From Klebsormidium nitens (taxonomy: Eukaryota; Plantae; Klebsormidiophyceae): a stretch of DNA of 64,000 nucleotides. A program made the translations under genes and the position numbers. Below the pieces are notes generated by a model that saw only the letters and a program-made list of their open reading frames with translations, searched no databases and had not been told where the DNA came from. Location of the stretch: assembly GCA_000708835.1 (NCBI GenBank), contig DF237351.1, forward strand, positions 20,813 to 84,812, given 5' to 3'. Shown here piece by piece: positions 1 to 12,300 of the stretch. Position 1 is the first letter of the stretch, and each line of letters begins with the position of its first letter.

Positions 1-154
1 TTCTCCGACCAGGCTTGCTTAAGTTTGCTTGCCGTGTTGTTGACGGCAAGCCCGGCAGGGACAAACCTGCAGATGAGTGGCAGAATACTTACCCTGGACT
101 TGGGATCCTGAACGAAGATAGGACTGTACTTCATATCCATCCTTTTCTAACCAG

Positions 155-1281
155 GCAGTTATGGGAAGGTTCTGACTGAAGCACAGTCAAGCGGGGTTTG
201 GGTGGACATACCAGAGAGCACTGTAGTGGTCAATGAAGCGGTGTACGTTCTGAGCGAACCAAAGCGCGCCCCTAGCGATGTGTATGCAAGGGTGCGAAGG
301 TTTCGCCTGAGGTCTTTTGACCTGAGCAGTCAAAAGGGGTGCTGGAAGGAGAAGAGCTCTCTGCAGTTCACAGAGGAAGAGGCCCCTTTATCACCCTCAG
401 CAGAGGGCTTTATCATGGGGGAACATGAATGCGCAGCGCAAACAAGCTTCTCCGTGGTCGCATCCCAGCGCTACATCTTTGTCATGCACTTCGCCATCCC
501 GCGGGTCGATTCCTCACATACGACTCGTCCCGGCTGGTACGCAATGATTGCATCTGCGCACGCAAATCTGTACGACACCCTGACAGATACGTGGAGGCCA
601 TTCAATTTCAACCTGCCTAACTTCTTATGGCCCCCATACTCTGATCCACCCCCATCCAGATTCTGGAGGATGGTTCGCTTTTATCGGGGAAGAAAACTGG
701 CGGACGTGCTCTGTGCTGCAACTGAAGATGCTGTAATCTTCATCCACGACCGGAAGGAAGTTTGGTTTCATTCCTTGGCGGAAGGGGAGCTTGACCAGCC
801 CTGGGAGTCAGCCTCTTTCATACCGACAGATGGGGAGCCACAGCCCCGGGAGAAAGTATATTATTCTGCTGTGACGGCCTCTTCTGGCGTTCCCAACGCA
901 ATCTGCATCTCTTCCTTGGCGTACACAGGCCCGGACTTCGCTCGTTGCATCAGGAAGATCGTCAGGACGAAACCTACTCCAAAAAGGCGAGGAGCGAACG
1001 AAGAAGAAAGTCTTTCATCAATGTCTTTCACAGCGATAGACGAGATAGATTGGGTGTGGCCGACTCAAAGCCGCTTTGAGGAGGGGAGCCAGCATCGCAA
1101 CGTCGATGATCTTCATGACGTGCACGGAGACGTTCTCATCCTGAGCGAGGGAGCAGGCATGTGGCAGGGGAGCAAGAAGCACGTGGAGTACAGAAAACCT
1201 TTCAAGGACGTCTTTGTTGAACCCGTGGGTGAGGTTCTATGGTCCCGCTTGTTGCCTACGGTATCTGGGGCATGTCCTTAG
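155..1281 (+). CDS. Orphan protein, 3' part; weak Kelch/beta-propeller-like character; 5' end not resolved in window
   Basis: Frame is open from 151 to TAG at 1281. The ORF-track start at 202 is GTG. Acceptor-like ccttttctaaccag ends at 154. Motif LYDTLTDTWRP resembles the Kelch YDPxTxxW strand. No family recognised. Confidence 0.6.
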
Positions 1282-1827
1282 GTCCTCTACTAATGAGGCT
1301 GTAAAGATATTCAGGTAACGTTGAGGGGATGAATGTTGACTGTGGGAAACGCTGAGGTAGAAGAAAAAGAGAGTTGATTGCGGACCCTTGAAGGCGATCT
1401 TACCGAGTCGGTGTCTTGAAAATTGGCAGATGCAAGCAGAGCGAAGGAAACAAGATTGACGAACCACAGGCTGTGGTCTGATGGTATCTGACTGTTCTGC
1501 CCTGAGTACGCTTTCCAGTACGTGCGTCAAGGCTTCGTTAAATTGTTGTATCTTTGACTGCCAAGTTGTCGTCACGATCATGAAGTACTGCCCTTGATTC
1601 GAAGAAGAGATTGTGTAGCCACGCCTGGCTTGCTTAGATCCGTTCCGACTTGAATGTCTGCATCGGTTACATCAGTACATAAACTAGTGCTCTGGCATGC
1701 TCATATCTGCTGAGTTGCATGAAACTTACGGGCCTAAGCGCCCACTCGGTCGTTTGATTTCCAGCCTGCATTCGATCTTTCCGGTCTGCAGAACATGCGT
1801 ACTTGTGTCCAATCTCGACGAAGTCAT
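1237..1827 (-). CDS. Hypothetical short-intron gene (about 138 aa), unverified
   Basis: Phase-consistent exons 1827-1730, 1657-1465, 1414-1404 (11 nt) and 1351-1237. Donors gtaagt/gttcgt/gtaaga; one strong acceptor tttttcttctacctcag. No homology recognised. Confidence 0.3.
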
Positions 1828-2140
1828 GATATTGAATGATCGGCGGCCCTCTCTGATTTGCTTTTGTCGGACATGGAGCTTAGGATACACATAACATTCC
1901 TATTCAATTCGTGCCATGCGCCATGGCTGTATACATGGTCTGCACAGCAGACCATGCATGGCAGAAATGGTTATCAATCTGGCTCGGATGATCCGCCGTC
2001 CTTGTGTGTTGTTCAAGCGCTCCAACCGTCGGGAAACTCGAAGCTTTGCATGGAAAAAACATCAGGCTGAATGTCAACAAATTGTTTCTGTGAATACGTA
2101 AATACGAGCTGCTGTGTGCTCGAATAAGGTAAAGATATCA

Positions 2141-2156
2141 GCGCGCGCGCGCGCGC
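2141..2156. repeat. (GC)8 alternating purine-pyrimidine tract
   Basis: gcgcgcgcgcgcgcgc read directly from the sequence. Confidence 0.9.
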
Positions 2157-2687
2157 CCCAGATAGATTTCATATATCGCCTGATGTGTACTCCTGCAGTA
2201 GCTTTGAAGGATCATCACCATTGGATTTGCATATCGTGTTGATCTACATCAGCAATCTGAAGGCATCTATGCGATCGTACAAGCGGCCATGCAGGTGCAC
2301 TCAGGTCTCGCGTGCCAGACTCATTATTCTAAGAAGCAGTCAATGCGCAGAGTTAAACGAAAAGTCGGCGGATCAGGTCAGAATCGAAGGACAGACCTAT
2401 GTAGGACTCCTATGCCAGTCAATCGAGATCGGGGCTTATAGTCGGTCATGAGCATACGCTGCATGATTGGACTTTCCTGTCTGTTGCCAACGCGACGAGT
2501 GGTGGTCGCAAGAACTGAGCCACACCGTGACGTGGCATCACAACATAATAATGCATGCATGTTTCCTCTTCCTGTCGAACGGAAATAACAAGTTTCGCAA
2601 GCTGATACTAGAGGAACCAAAGATTGATATCCGTACCTTGTACTCAAAACATGCGAGTCACCAAAGACGACTGTACATCAGCGAGCG

Positions 2688-5600
2688 TTAGTGGTCAGAT
2701 TGTTTGCTTGCATCCATTCGGGCAAGAACTTCTCTTTGCAGCGGCGTGTCTGAGAAGATGGCTCGTATCAGACGTTGCACCTGCACATGCATTGGTTTAG
2801 GTCAGTGAGCCTCAACCGAAAGGTTGACGCCGTACAAGCAGTGGCGAAGAGCAGCGTGCAGACCTCTGCACGCTGCTCTCAGGTCGCACGAAGGGGAAAA
2901 ATCTTGCATAGACGATCCAGCGTTTTCCCGCAAAGGAAAAAGCATTTAAGCGGGACGGTCAGCCTCGAAGTTTGATTGAGATTTGAGTACGCTGCAGTGT
3001 TCTTTGAGTAGGTGTACAGTAAACGCACTCGCAAACCTGGGACGACAAACATGAAGCAATTGCAATTTGTCGGGATTAGGTTGAGTTCATCTTGAAACTT
3101 TCGGCCTTCGGGTCATTTTCAGATTTGACCGGATGTCCCATAGATCTTTTCCGATGACAGACGCTCACCTCCGGTGCACGAAAGCCGCACGCCGGCAAGT
3201 TGCCGGACTCCCACGCTGCGTTGATGTCCCGCAACGACATGTCCAGGAAATCTGACAGCAGAAGGAAGAGCGCTTCAGAACAAACATGCGAGCGTGTTTG
3301 ACTTCGGTGTCGGAACGCTGACACCGAGGGAGCGAAGTAGGCAACTGCACGCTGAGCGACAGAAGAGAAAGCCTTCAAGAAAGAAGCAAGGCGACTTTGC
3401 CTCTGCACGCGGTAAAACACGCAAAACTTGAGGCATCGCCGTGTCAATCTCAGTAGGCAGCAGGAGCACAGCTTTGGACTTGTGCCTTCCCCGAAGAGCC
3501 TCCTCGCTTTGGCATCAATGCACGAGGAAAAGCAGACCACGTCTTTCAAGCATCATCGGCGGTTCACGAAGTCGCAACGGCGGCAGAAAGTCGAAACACG
3601 GGAACCGAAAATTTGCCGTCCCATGCGGTTTTGGACTTCATGCTGAGAGTCTAGTGGACAAACAGCGAAATCACAACAGAGTGTCTTTGCGCAAGAGCAA
3701 AATGTTGGACCCGGCGGCGAATGGAATTACTGTAACGCGACCTATTAGCAATTTGAAGACGCTATTTTGCTGAACAAGTGCAGATATCGCAGATCAAACA
3801 CCGGGTCCAGTTTACGTCGTGATCTCGGTCGGAAGATTCGCCTTCTTTTTAGCGTGAGCCGGACAAGAACCCGCAGGCCAAAGCTGGTGACTTACCGATC
3901 AGCCGCAGCAGCTTTGGCCCCGTTGGCACAAGCCGTGACGCCGTTTCCGCTCTTCCAATCGTTTCCGCTCCGGAACCAGCAGGCGGACTCGTGAGGACGT
4001 CCGGAAGGCCCTCCAGGAGCGTCCGAAGGAGGTGGCGCAACTGCGCAATGGCACGTTACTTGTCAGGCTTCTTTGAAAGCCTGCCTTTGAGGGAAGTCGT
4101 ATATCTTGCGGGAGACGCGACAGCGCTTCAGTGGGTTGCTTACTGAAGAACACAAGCGGAGACGTAGTCTGTACTCCCACGTTCGTAGCATGATCCGCCA
4201 ATCTCGTGCAAAGAATCTATGAACTACTTCTCTCGACCAAAGTAGAGGCTTCTTCTCTCTTGACCGCCCAAGGCGTTAGTCACGACCGGGCATCAAACGC
4301 CGGCGCATCGCACCGCCCTCCTCTTGTTCCCGAAGAAATATACCGGAAGAATGAAATCTCCGATACAGGCCGGAAGGCAACATACAGAATGGAAGCAACT
4401 TCCCAGACCCGCAGAAGTTGAAACCCCCCGCAACCTGATCAGTCAAGAGCACATTTCCTCACCTGTTTTGTCACACTCACAAGCTCGAGAGAAGGGGAGA
4501 GAACTGACAACGGCGGGACTGGTAGAAAGCGGGAATCGACGTCAATGAGTTACCCAATGAAACCGAGCAGCGGGCCGCACCTGGGTGGTCTCCTCGACGG
4601 CGATATCGTCCAGCTGGAGCACCTCCGAGGCGACACGTGCCACGCACGCCTCCGCCAGTGACGTCATCATGTCGTGGAAGATGCCGCGGCTGAGGACGGG
4701 GCGCCAGATGGTCGCCAAGTGTCCCAGAACATGCAGCACCTGCGGAAGCGAAATATCTTTGAGCATCCCCTCGTTTATGTCTATCTAAAAGAAAGAAAGT
4801 GGAAGCAAGGTAACAATAACTGATTATCAGACTGGGAACCCTTTAAAGAGATGTATAAGCGTTCGCGCAACCAAAAGGTAGATCTTGTGTCTCGGGCAGC
4901 TTATGAGTCCACCCCACTGACGACAATAGCCCGAGTAGTTCGGCCACATAAGAAAACACACGTAACAACTGCTCTGGCGTCGCCAAACACATGGTACAGC
5001 CTTTCTGGAGCATCAAAGAAAAGTCACAACGGAGACTGTGGGGCTCTCCGCAAGATAGAACGCTCAAGCTATACCCCGTCTTCAGCTCTCTGAAACCCTT
5101 GGCAGATATTGCCAACCGCTTGCCTTCGTGCTAAATCTTGTGTCACGAGTCCCTCCCGCGAGTCGGGCAATTTGGACGGCGCGGAAAACTTTCACACTGC
5201 CCGACCCAGAACGGCTTCGAGCGCTGGTTCCACGGCGTCTCAGCGACCCGTTACCTCCTCGACGGCTCAGACACTATGTTTAGAAACCCTACGAACTTGC
5301 CATCCATCCTACTCCCGAAAACCAACGGGTCAATTTACAGTTGTAAATAAGACAGAAGTTCCCCACCTTCTTGATTGCTCGCTCGGCCCCCTTGAAGTTG
5401 ACCTCCTCGTCCGTGAACCGGAAGCCCTTGCCCTCGTCCAGCGCCCGCATCAGCTCGTCCCGCTGCTGACGTACTTGGCCGGACCGGGTGACGTCAGCGA
5501 GTTGCTCGAAGGCGGGGGCGAGGTCCGCGAGGGTGGATAGATCCCGCAGGGAGGGGGGCAGGGCGTTCTTGTACTGCGAGGAGAAATGTGAATTGTCGAT

Positions 5601-8600
5601 TGGGAAATTAATCATTTGGAAACCGAGCGGCGCACGTGTGACGTTGACGGCGACCTTTGCGCACAATCCCATACAGCACTGCCGCTGCTCGATCCGCTGA
5701 GGTTGAAGGCGGCAGGCTGCTCGAAGAGTCGCATTCTTCGACGGATGAAACGATCAGACGCACTAGAATATTTAACTTTCAGCAACGGAAGGAGGCCGCA
5801 TCTGATGCTTCTAAAGTTAGTAGACATGGTGAAATAACTGCGCCTGATATGAGAGTATTATTGGGCTCAATAGCGCCAATTTCATCAAAGCCATTTTTCC
5901 ATAAAGCTGCATATTGGCAGCTGAGACTGCAGAACAGTCTGTCATGGCACTCTTCACAGAAGAGAACAGGAGAGATGAACAATTGTCTTGGAGCCCTTTC
6001 CCTTGTGTGGATTGTTTACAAAACTCAAGCGGAAGGACAAGTTCGCCCAAATTCTCTACCAACTCTGGGCTCGCTAACGCAGGGACAAGATGTTGCAGCG
6101 CAGGTCTTCAATGCTTGCAGTGTGCAGCTTTGGGGACTCGACGGCAAGCTTGATTGTCAACGATTCCGAATAGATAGAACACTTAGTCGAAAAGGTCGGT
6201 CATCCCTGCGTTCAAAAGACCAGGAGAATGGCTCACCTGGATTCCGAGCATCAGTGCATGGTGCGCTATGTACAGGCAGTCATTGTGGAACACCATGGCC
6301 AGTTGCGGAACGCTTTCCAGCTGATGCTGTCGTTGCACGGGAACGATTGCCCGATACAACTGGAGGACGTCTCGAGCAGTGCGGTGCAGTTGCAGAGCGG
6401 TTCGGGCGGAGGATTGCGTGGCCTCCCGAAGGGCCTCGTGCGCGAGCTCGGCGAGCTGCTGGACTGCGGTGGAGACCTGGGGAAAGAGACGGACGAGCTT
6501 AATACAGGGCCTTTTTGAGGGCGACGATTAGAAAGAAGCGTTTTGAAAGGAATGGATACAAGAAACCAGGCTAGAAAGCTTGAGGAGCCTTTGAAACATG
6601 GTCAGTCTCAAGACGAAATTGGCAAAAATAAATGAAAGAAGTGTCCGTAGAGCAAACTGACAATGTTTAGGGAAGGGACTGCGGCAATAAGCGTGTCATA
6701 AAGAAGCAGCAGCTAAGCGGGTGCGGAAATTGCGAAGTGAAGCGTCAGTAGCGCAACCCCGCGAAGAAGGTCGCGTTGGTTGCACCTCGCTACCAGATTC
6801 GCCTCGATAAAAATACCTGCAATTGGTTCACGTTCACGACAGGGTCTCCGTCAGATTCTTTGCAGCAACTAGACAGGAGGACCAATCGTACCTGACAAGT
6901 CGGCAGGTAAAAGAACGGCCCCTGCTCGTCTGCTTCCTCCCCACCTCCCCCTTGCCTTCCAGAAGTCCCTGGCATGTCACCTGACGGCTCTCCTCGACTG
7001 GCATCAGCATGCCCCCCCTCTTTCACCAGAGTTCCGACCCCCCCTTTCCGTCCCAACGGTCTCGCCTTTTTGCCCCTGGGCTCGGTTTTGTCAGCAACTT
7101 CCGGAAGAGGTTCGATCCCTGGAGGCTTTCTGTCGATCCCTGAACCGACTGTGACGGTATTCAAGCACAAGTCTGGCAGTGTGACCAAACCCCGCGCCCT
7201 GGCCAGCAGGCTCGTCCTCTTCTTTGTAGCAAAGTGCACATCGATGTCGGCGGCGAACGCGCTGAGCTCGTGCCCCTTCTCTAGTTTCGAAATGAGCCCT
7301 TCCGCTTCCAGAGCCTTCTCAAACTCCGCTGAGGCCTTGGCAAGCGGCTCAAACTCCGGCAGTCTGCTGGCCTCGCTTGGGACCGCTGACGTCAGCGGGC
7401 CGTTGATTAGCGTCTTGGCGATTTTCGGCCACAGAATCTGTCCCAATCGGAGGGTCTTGCTTCGATCCCCATGCATGACGTGCCGGTGGATGAACTGGAC
7501 GACCGTGACCAATGACGAGTATGTTTCCACAAGCGTTGCTGGACCGCCCTCGCTGCTGACACCTGCAAACCGCAGCTTTGCAAACTCCTCTTCTTCATCC
7601 GTGGTCAAGACTTGAAGATCAACCTTCTTCAAGCTTAAGGCCACTGGCCCCTCTGAAAGTTGTGCCGCCAGCTTCTCTAGCTTTCTATCTAGCAAGTCTA
7701 GGGTGTCGAGCGCCTCCCACGAAGTTTCCAACCCCTTTTTGCCCCCTCCGTCAGGCACATTCTCTGCGCGCACTTCCCCTCGGCCCAAATCCACAACAAC
7801 CGCCCCCTCGAACTCTTCGTCCAAGTCTGCTTCCACCCGACTCCTCCTAGCCGCTACTTCTTCCCTAAGGAGACCGAAAACGAGGGGACCCTGGGACTGC
7901 TTGTCAGGCAAGCCAGTGATGCGCTGCTCTAGGGAGAGAATCCACTTGGCTGCCTGAGGGAGATGCCCCTGCCTGATCTGCTTGTCAAGTGACTGCAGGC
8001 CTTGATTTAGAGAGGCGACGAGCGAGACTGCCTCTAGAGCTCGTTGTTTTGCTGCAATCTCAATTTGAAGCTCGCGGTGTTCGGCGGCAGAGGCGATTAT
8101 GTCAGCGCCCAAACCTGCAGGGGGAAGGTGATGTCAGCCCCCCAGCAGGCACGCAACTGCATTGGTGTTGGATGTCTTTCGCAAACATAGGTTTGAATTC
8201 TTGAGTCGGGATCAAAAACAGGGCATGTGCCAAAGTAGCCAGCCCTGTGAGGGCAATTGCAGTGCAATGTGTGGAACCCTCAATTTCCATTAGGGCTGTT
8301 GTTACTCGAGCAGTTCAAGTCTGGTCAATCGATTTGATAACTCGAAAGTGTCTGCTAGTGCATATAAGGAGCATTGATGTCTATATTGCTTGTAATGATC
8401 ATAAATCACACATGTGAGACGGGTGGGGCTAATTTAGGGAGTTCTGGGTGGGCATCGGTGCGAAGCGTGTAAGTGTTTGAGCTTTAGTTTTGAGTATTAG
8501 CCTCAACTTCTTCATAATTGATCTTATTTTGAACTATTCTAGGAATCCGCATGAGGAGCTTGCTCTGGCAACTTACCACCACCATATGCAAAGCAATTAC

Positions 8601-9027
8601 TTCTTTCCGCTTGGCTTTTCATAAGGATGTGTGGTCATTCACCGGTCACAGATCAATAAAGCAATCAATGCACTGGGCACGATCAACGAGGTGAATCGCC
8701 ACAGGTCTCACCATCCTCATTATCCTCACTTCCAAGCACTGTAAGAGCAGAGGCAAAGTCCCGCCCGATGTCGTCAACATGATTACTACTCCGCTCGGCT
8801 GTGCTCGCCAGCCGCAGCAAGTCCTTGTGATGGTTTGTCAGCGTCAAGTAAACTTGCTCTTTCAATTCCTTAGAGCGGATTTTTATGCGGTCCAAAGCAG
8901 CCTGCAAATCAGCCGCAGAGACAAGCGTTCCAAGGTCAGCTGGAGTCTCTCCATCTCCACAGATGAGGTGAAGGTTTCCGAAGGTGGAAGGCTGGTTGGA
9001 AGGAAGGGGGCCCTGGGGGACGCCCAT
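2688..9027 (-). CDS. ZW10: Centromere/kinetochore protein ZW10 homolog (RZZ / Dsl1-NRZ complex), about 821 aa, 8 exons
   Basis: Exons 9027-8712, 8114-6892, 6476-6237, 5573-5367, 4739-4581, 4040-3896, 3251-3169 and 2780-2688 sum to 2466 nt, all GT-AG and in phase. Segments AMVFHNDCLYIAH, IWRPVLSRGIFHDMM...LQLDDIAVEET, FLDMSLRDINAAWESG and VQRLIRAIFSDTP match plant ZW10 as I recall it. Confidence 0.93.
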
Positions 9028-9372
9028 CGTGCTGATCTAGATTCTTATGTGCATTCAGATGAACAGATTTCTTGGAAGGCAGGCTGGGCAGTCCGACCGT
9101 CAGGCAAAAGCATTGAAGATTGACCTGGACTCAGCAGAGCATCTGGGCCGTCGAGTATTATCCGACAGCCCAAACTCAGGTTATAGCCCCAAAGTTGCTG
9201 GCCCCCTCCTTTCAGACTCGCATCTCTAGTTGGAATCTGCTTATACACTGCATTGTGCAGATACTTACCTGTAAATTTATTACTTGGCAGCTCTAGATCT
9301 TCATGCAGTAGAGCAGCTTTGACAGTTGGACTTGTAGCGCCAGGGAAAGGAAGCAAGGCGTGGAGTCGAATA
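9028..9372. promoter_or_regulatory. Compact divergent ZW10/IGPS promoter region with a probable ZW10 5'-UTR intron (about 9268-9037, minus strand)
   Basis: ATGs are 345 bp apart head-to-head. Perfect minus-strand donor CAG|GTAAGTAT (plus atacttacctg 9261-9271). Candidate acceptor tag ends at 9037, 10 nt before the ZW10 ATG. Confidence 0.55.
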
Positions 9373-12300
9373 ATGGCGTCTTCCTGTTACATGTGCAGTC
9401 AGTTACAGACAAGTTTGGCTCGTTCAAGCATCCAGGCTCGGCAAGAACAGACAGGCGCTTCCGTTGCTTCGTTGTCACCTTGCAGATTGAGCCCTTTCTT
9501 GGATCTTCCCTCTTCAAACTCAACTCAATCTTCCTTCCGTTCTCCTGCTAGAAGAAGTGCAAGGCCAGTCTGCCAAGCGGAAGAGGTAAGTCTCTACACA
9601 GAGCGCGCGTTTATTTGCTACTCTGTGGTGGTATGAAATGTGTGCTGGAAGGAAGAGATGTGGGAATCGATTTTTCAGATATGACTGGGCCCCATTTCAC
9701 CACAAGGTCTTCCTTCTGTGTACAATTATCAACGCCGTCGATTCTTCATCATGGTGACGAGGATTTTAGGACTTGATGGAAGGTCTGAAGCATTGTACTC
9801 TTGAATGAGTATCCATGGAGTGCCAAAAGCAAAAACTTTCTCTATTATGAAGGTGGGGCTACCGATATTCACGTTCTGGGCTTCCTAGGGAGCCAGGGAA
9901 ACCCTAATTGTCAGGAATGTGGGGGGCCATGTTTACTCTGCACTGCAAACGGCTGCCACTTGACAGTATATTCCATTACTTGTTCCTCTTACTTAATGTT
10001 GCTTTGCCGTAGAGGCATCACCAGACAATTCTTTTATGTTCGCAACTTGAGCGAGGGAACTAGCTTGAGAAACTCAATCTGAGTTGCGCCCATCAGATTC
10101 CGCTCCCACAAGGCACATATTTAGGCCACCTTCTCCGATGCAGCCCAATCAGGGAGCGCCAGCTGTCGACGCCCGCGCCCCCACCAGCATTTTGAGTCCC
10201 GCCACGCCGCTGCCAAGCGCCGCAACAACAGAGGCCGTCCCGGCTCCAGGCACCGAATGGATCAACTTTAACCTAGACAAGCGCTCCCCAATCACGCCTC
10301 CAGAGTGGGAAGACAAGGTGAAGAAACAGAAGGAGGAGAAAGCGGCCAAGATGCAGACGAGCATAAGGAGACGGCCCCCGACGGGGCCCCCGACGCACGC
10401 GGTGGGGCCGTTTGAGTTTAAGATCGAGAACGAGGACAACTTGCCGAGGAACATATTGGAGGAGATTGTGTGGAACAAGGATGTGGAGGTGCAAAAGGTG
10501 GGCCTTTTGGGTGGCCTTTTGTGTCTCTTCCCCCTTTCTCATTCTTTTCCGTACTGGCTACAACTGGCAAGTTCTTTCAGGCGTTTTCCACACTACAAAT
10601 GATAGAAGCTGACGACACCCTCAGCTCTGGCTTCTGAGATCGCAGTTGCAAGGGGAAGTCATTGAGAGATGGAGGACGTTCTGAAACATACATTAAAGGT
10701 GGCAAGAAGAGGGATAGCATTCACCTGCAACCTACAGTATGTTTTGGTATGGTTGTCCTTCCGGCCAGCAGATGTGCAGAATAATCAAGCGTGCTGGGAC
10801 ACATCCGTTCGCCCCTGAAGCCTAACCAGCGCTACACAACAGACTGAAGCCTAAGCTTTTCCTTTTAATAGGCGAAAGAGAAGACGCCTCTCGGTGCTTT
10901 GAAGAGGAGCGGGAACCCCGCACCCCCTCTCAACTTCGTGGAGGCCCTGCGGGAGCGGGCGGCAGAGACGGGAGTCCCGGGGCTGATTGCAGAAGTCAAG
11001 AAGGCGTCGCCGAGCAAAGGCCTTATCCAGCCCAACTTTAACCCTGTGAGTGGTCCGGCTTCGATTTCTAAGAATGGGCCTTTCGCAAGTTGGGAGGCTG
11101 CTGCAAATGCTGGAAGCTTGTGCTCTTGCGGTGCTCTTGTGTTCATGAAGCTCTGCAATACGTGTCCCTACACTGAAGGCGACCGTGCTTGGAAGAGAAA
11201 TAGGCCGGTGTCATGTGTAGGTCGTTTTCCACCGAAGAAAAAATCCCAATCAAGAAGGTGGGCTTACAATGACATTGTAAGAGTTGCACTATCCTGCCAT
11301 TGGCGGGGTTGTGATGAAGCTAAGCTGATAGCCTCGTTCTTTCAACACAGGTGTTGATTGCACGCGCATACGAGGCTGGCGGCGCGGCCTGCTTGAGCGT
11401 TCTGACCGACGAAAAGTACTTCCAGGTGAGGATTCGGTCCCATTCACGCTGGAAGGCCTGCCGTGCTATTGATATAGTATCGGTTCTGCAGCATCTGTGC
11501 GGCCGCGCGCAGTTTGCCGTAGTCGGTAAAAGTTGCTCCTCCTGCGCTTCTTCCCATGGGAGATCTTTTTCTTTGATTGACACTGCACTAACAGACGTTC
11601 TTGTTTCCTGCAGGGGAGCTTCGACAATATTGTGAAAATCAGGGCATCTGGCAGTCGGGTAAGTTTGCTCTTTCTCCTTCTTATCGACTCAGGTGCACAG
11701 AGTCGTTCTGAGCACTTGATGGCTGCTCTTAACGCCAAATTGGACATTCTCATGCCAACGGCTGCGCCCCTTAGGAATGGCGCTTGGTTGATTGCTCCTA
11801 TGCCTCTGCATGCCAGCCGCAAAAGTCAACTTATCATGGGAGTTTTTGATGCTTAACCTTATTTCCATTGTGATTGCATGTCCCTTGGATGCTTCCGTTG
11901 ATACCCGCCCCTCACTTTATGCTTTGGATACACCGAGTAGCGGATGAGACGACGTACTACCTATCTGCTGAACTTTAAACGAGCAGTTCCCCATCAGGAT
12001 GGTCGGCTTTGGTGCAAGCACAAGAGAAGACTCAACATTACATGACGGTCTTACATCTCGACTGACGAGCCTCAAGAACGAGCTCGAATAGTCATCGAAC
12101 TCGTATTGAGGGGTGACCTTGAATTGGGAGGCAAGCTCGGTCTTGACTGTGGGGCTGAACTCTGGAGCTGTAAACCTCGTTCTTCGGCACGTTCCTGCCC
12201 CAAGCCGTGCATCCCAAGCACCGGCTCCATCTTCAAAAACGGTTTGATATCATCTGCTTTTCAATCATGCTCTTATAGCTTACCCTCTTCTGCAGCTGCC

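Noticed and set aside
7109-7119. GGTTCGATCCC tRNA T-loop-like motif
   Set aside because: It lies antisense within ZW10 exon 2, with no acceptor, D or anticodon stems around it.
9261-9271. ATACTTACCTG, identical to the 5' end of U1 snRNA (similar at 85-96)
   Set aside because: The following sequence has no U1 stem-loops or Sm site. It is the reverse complement of a consensus splice donor and is better explained as a minus-strand donor (9268) or as chance codons (near 90).
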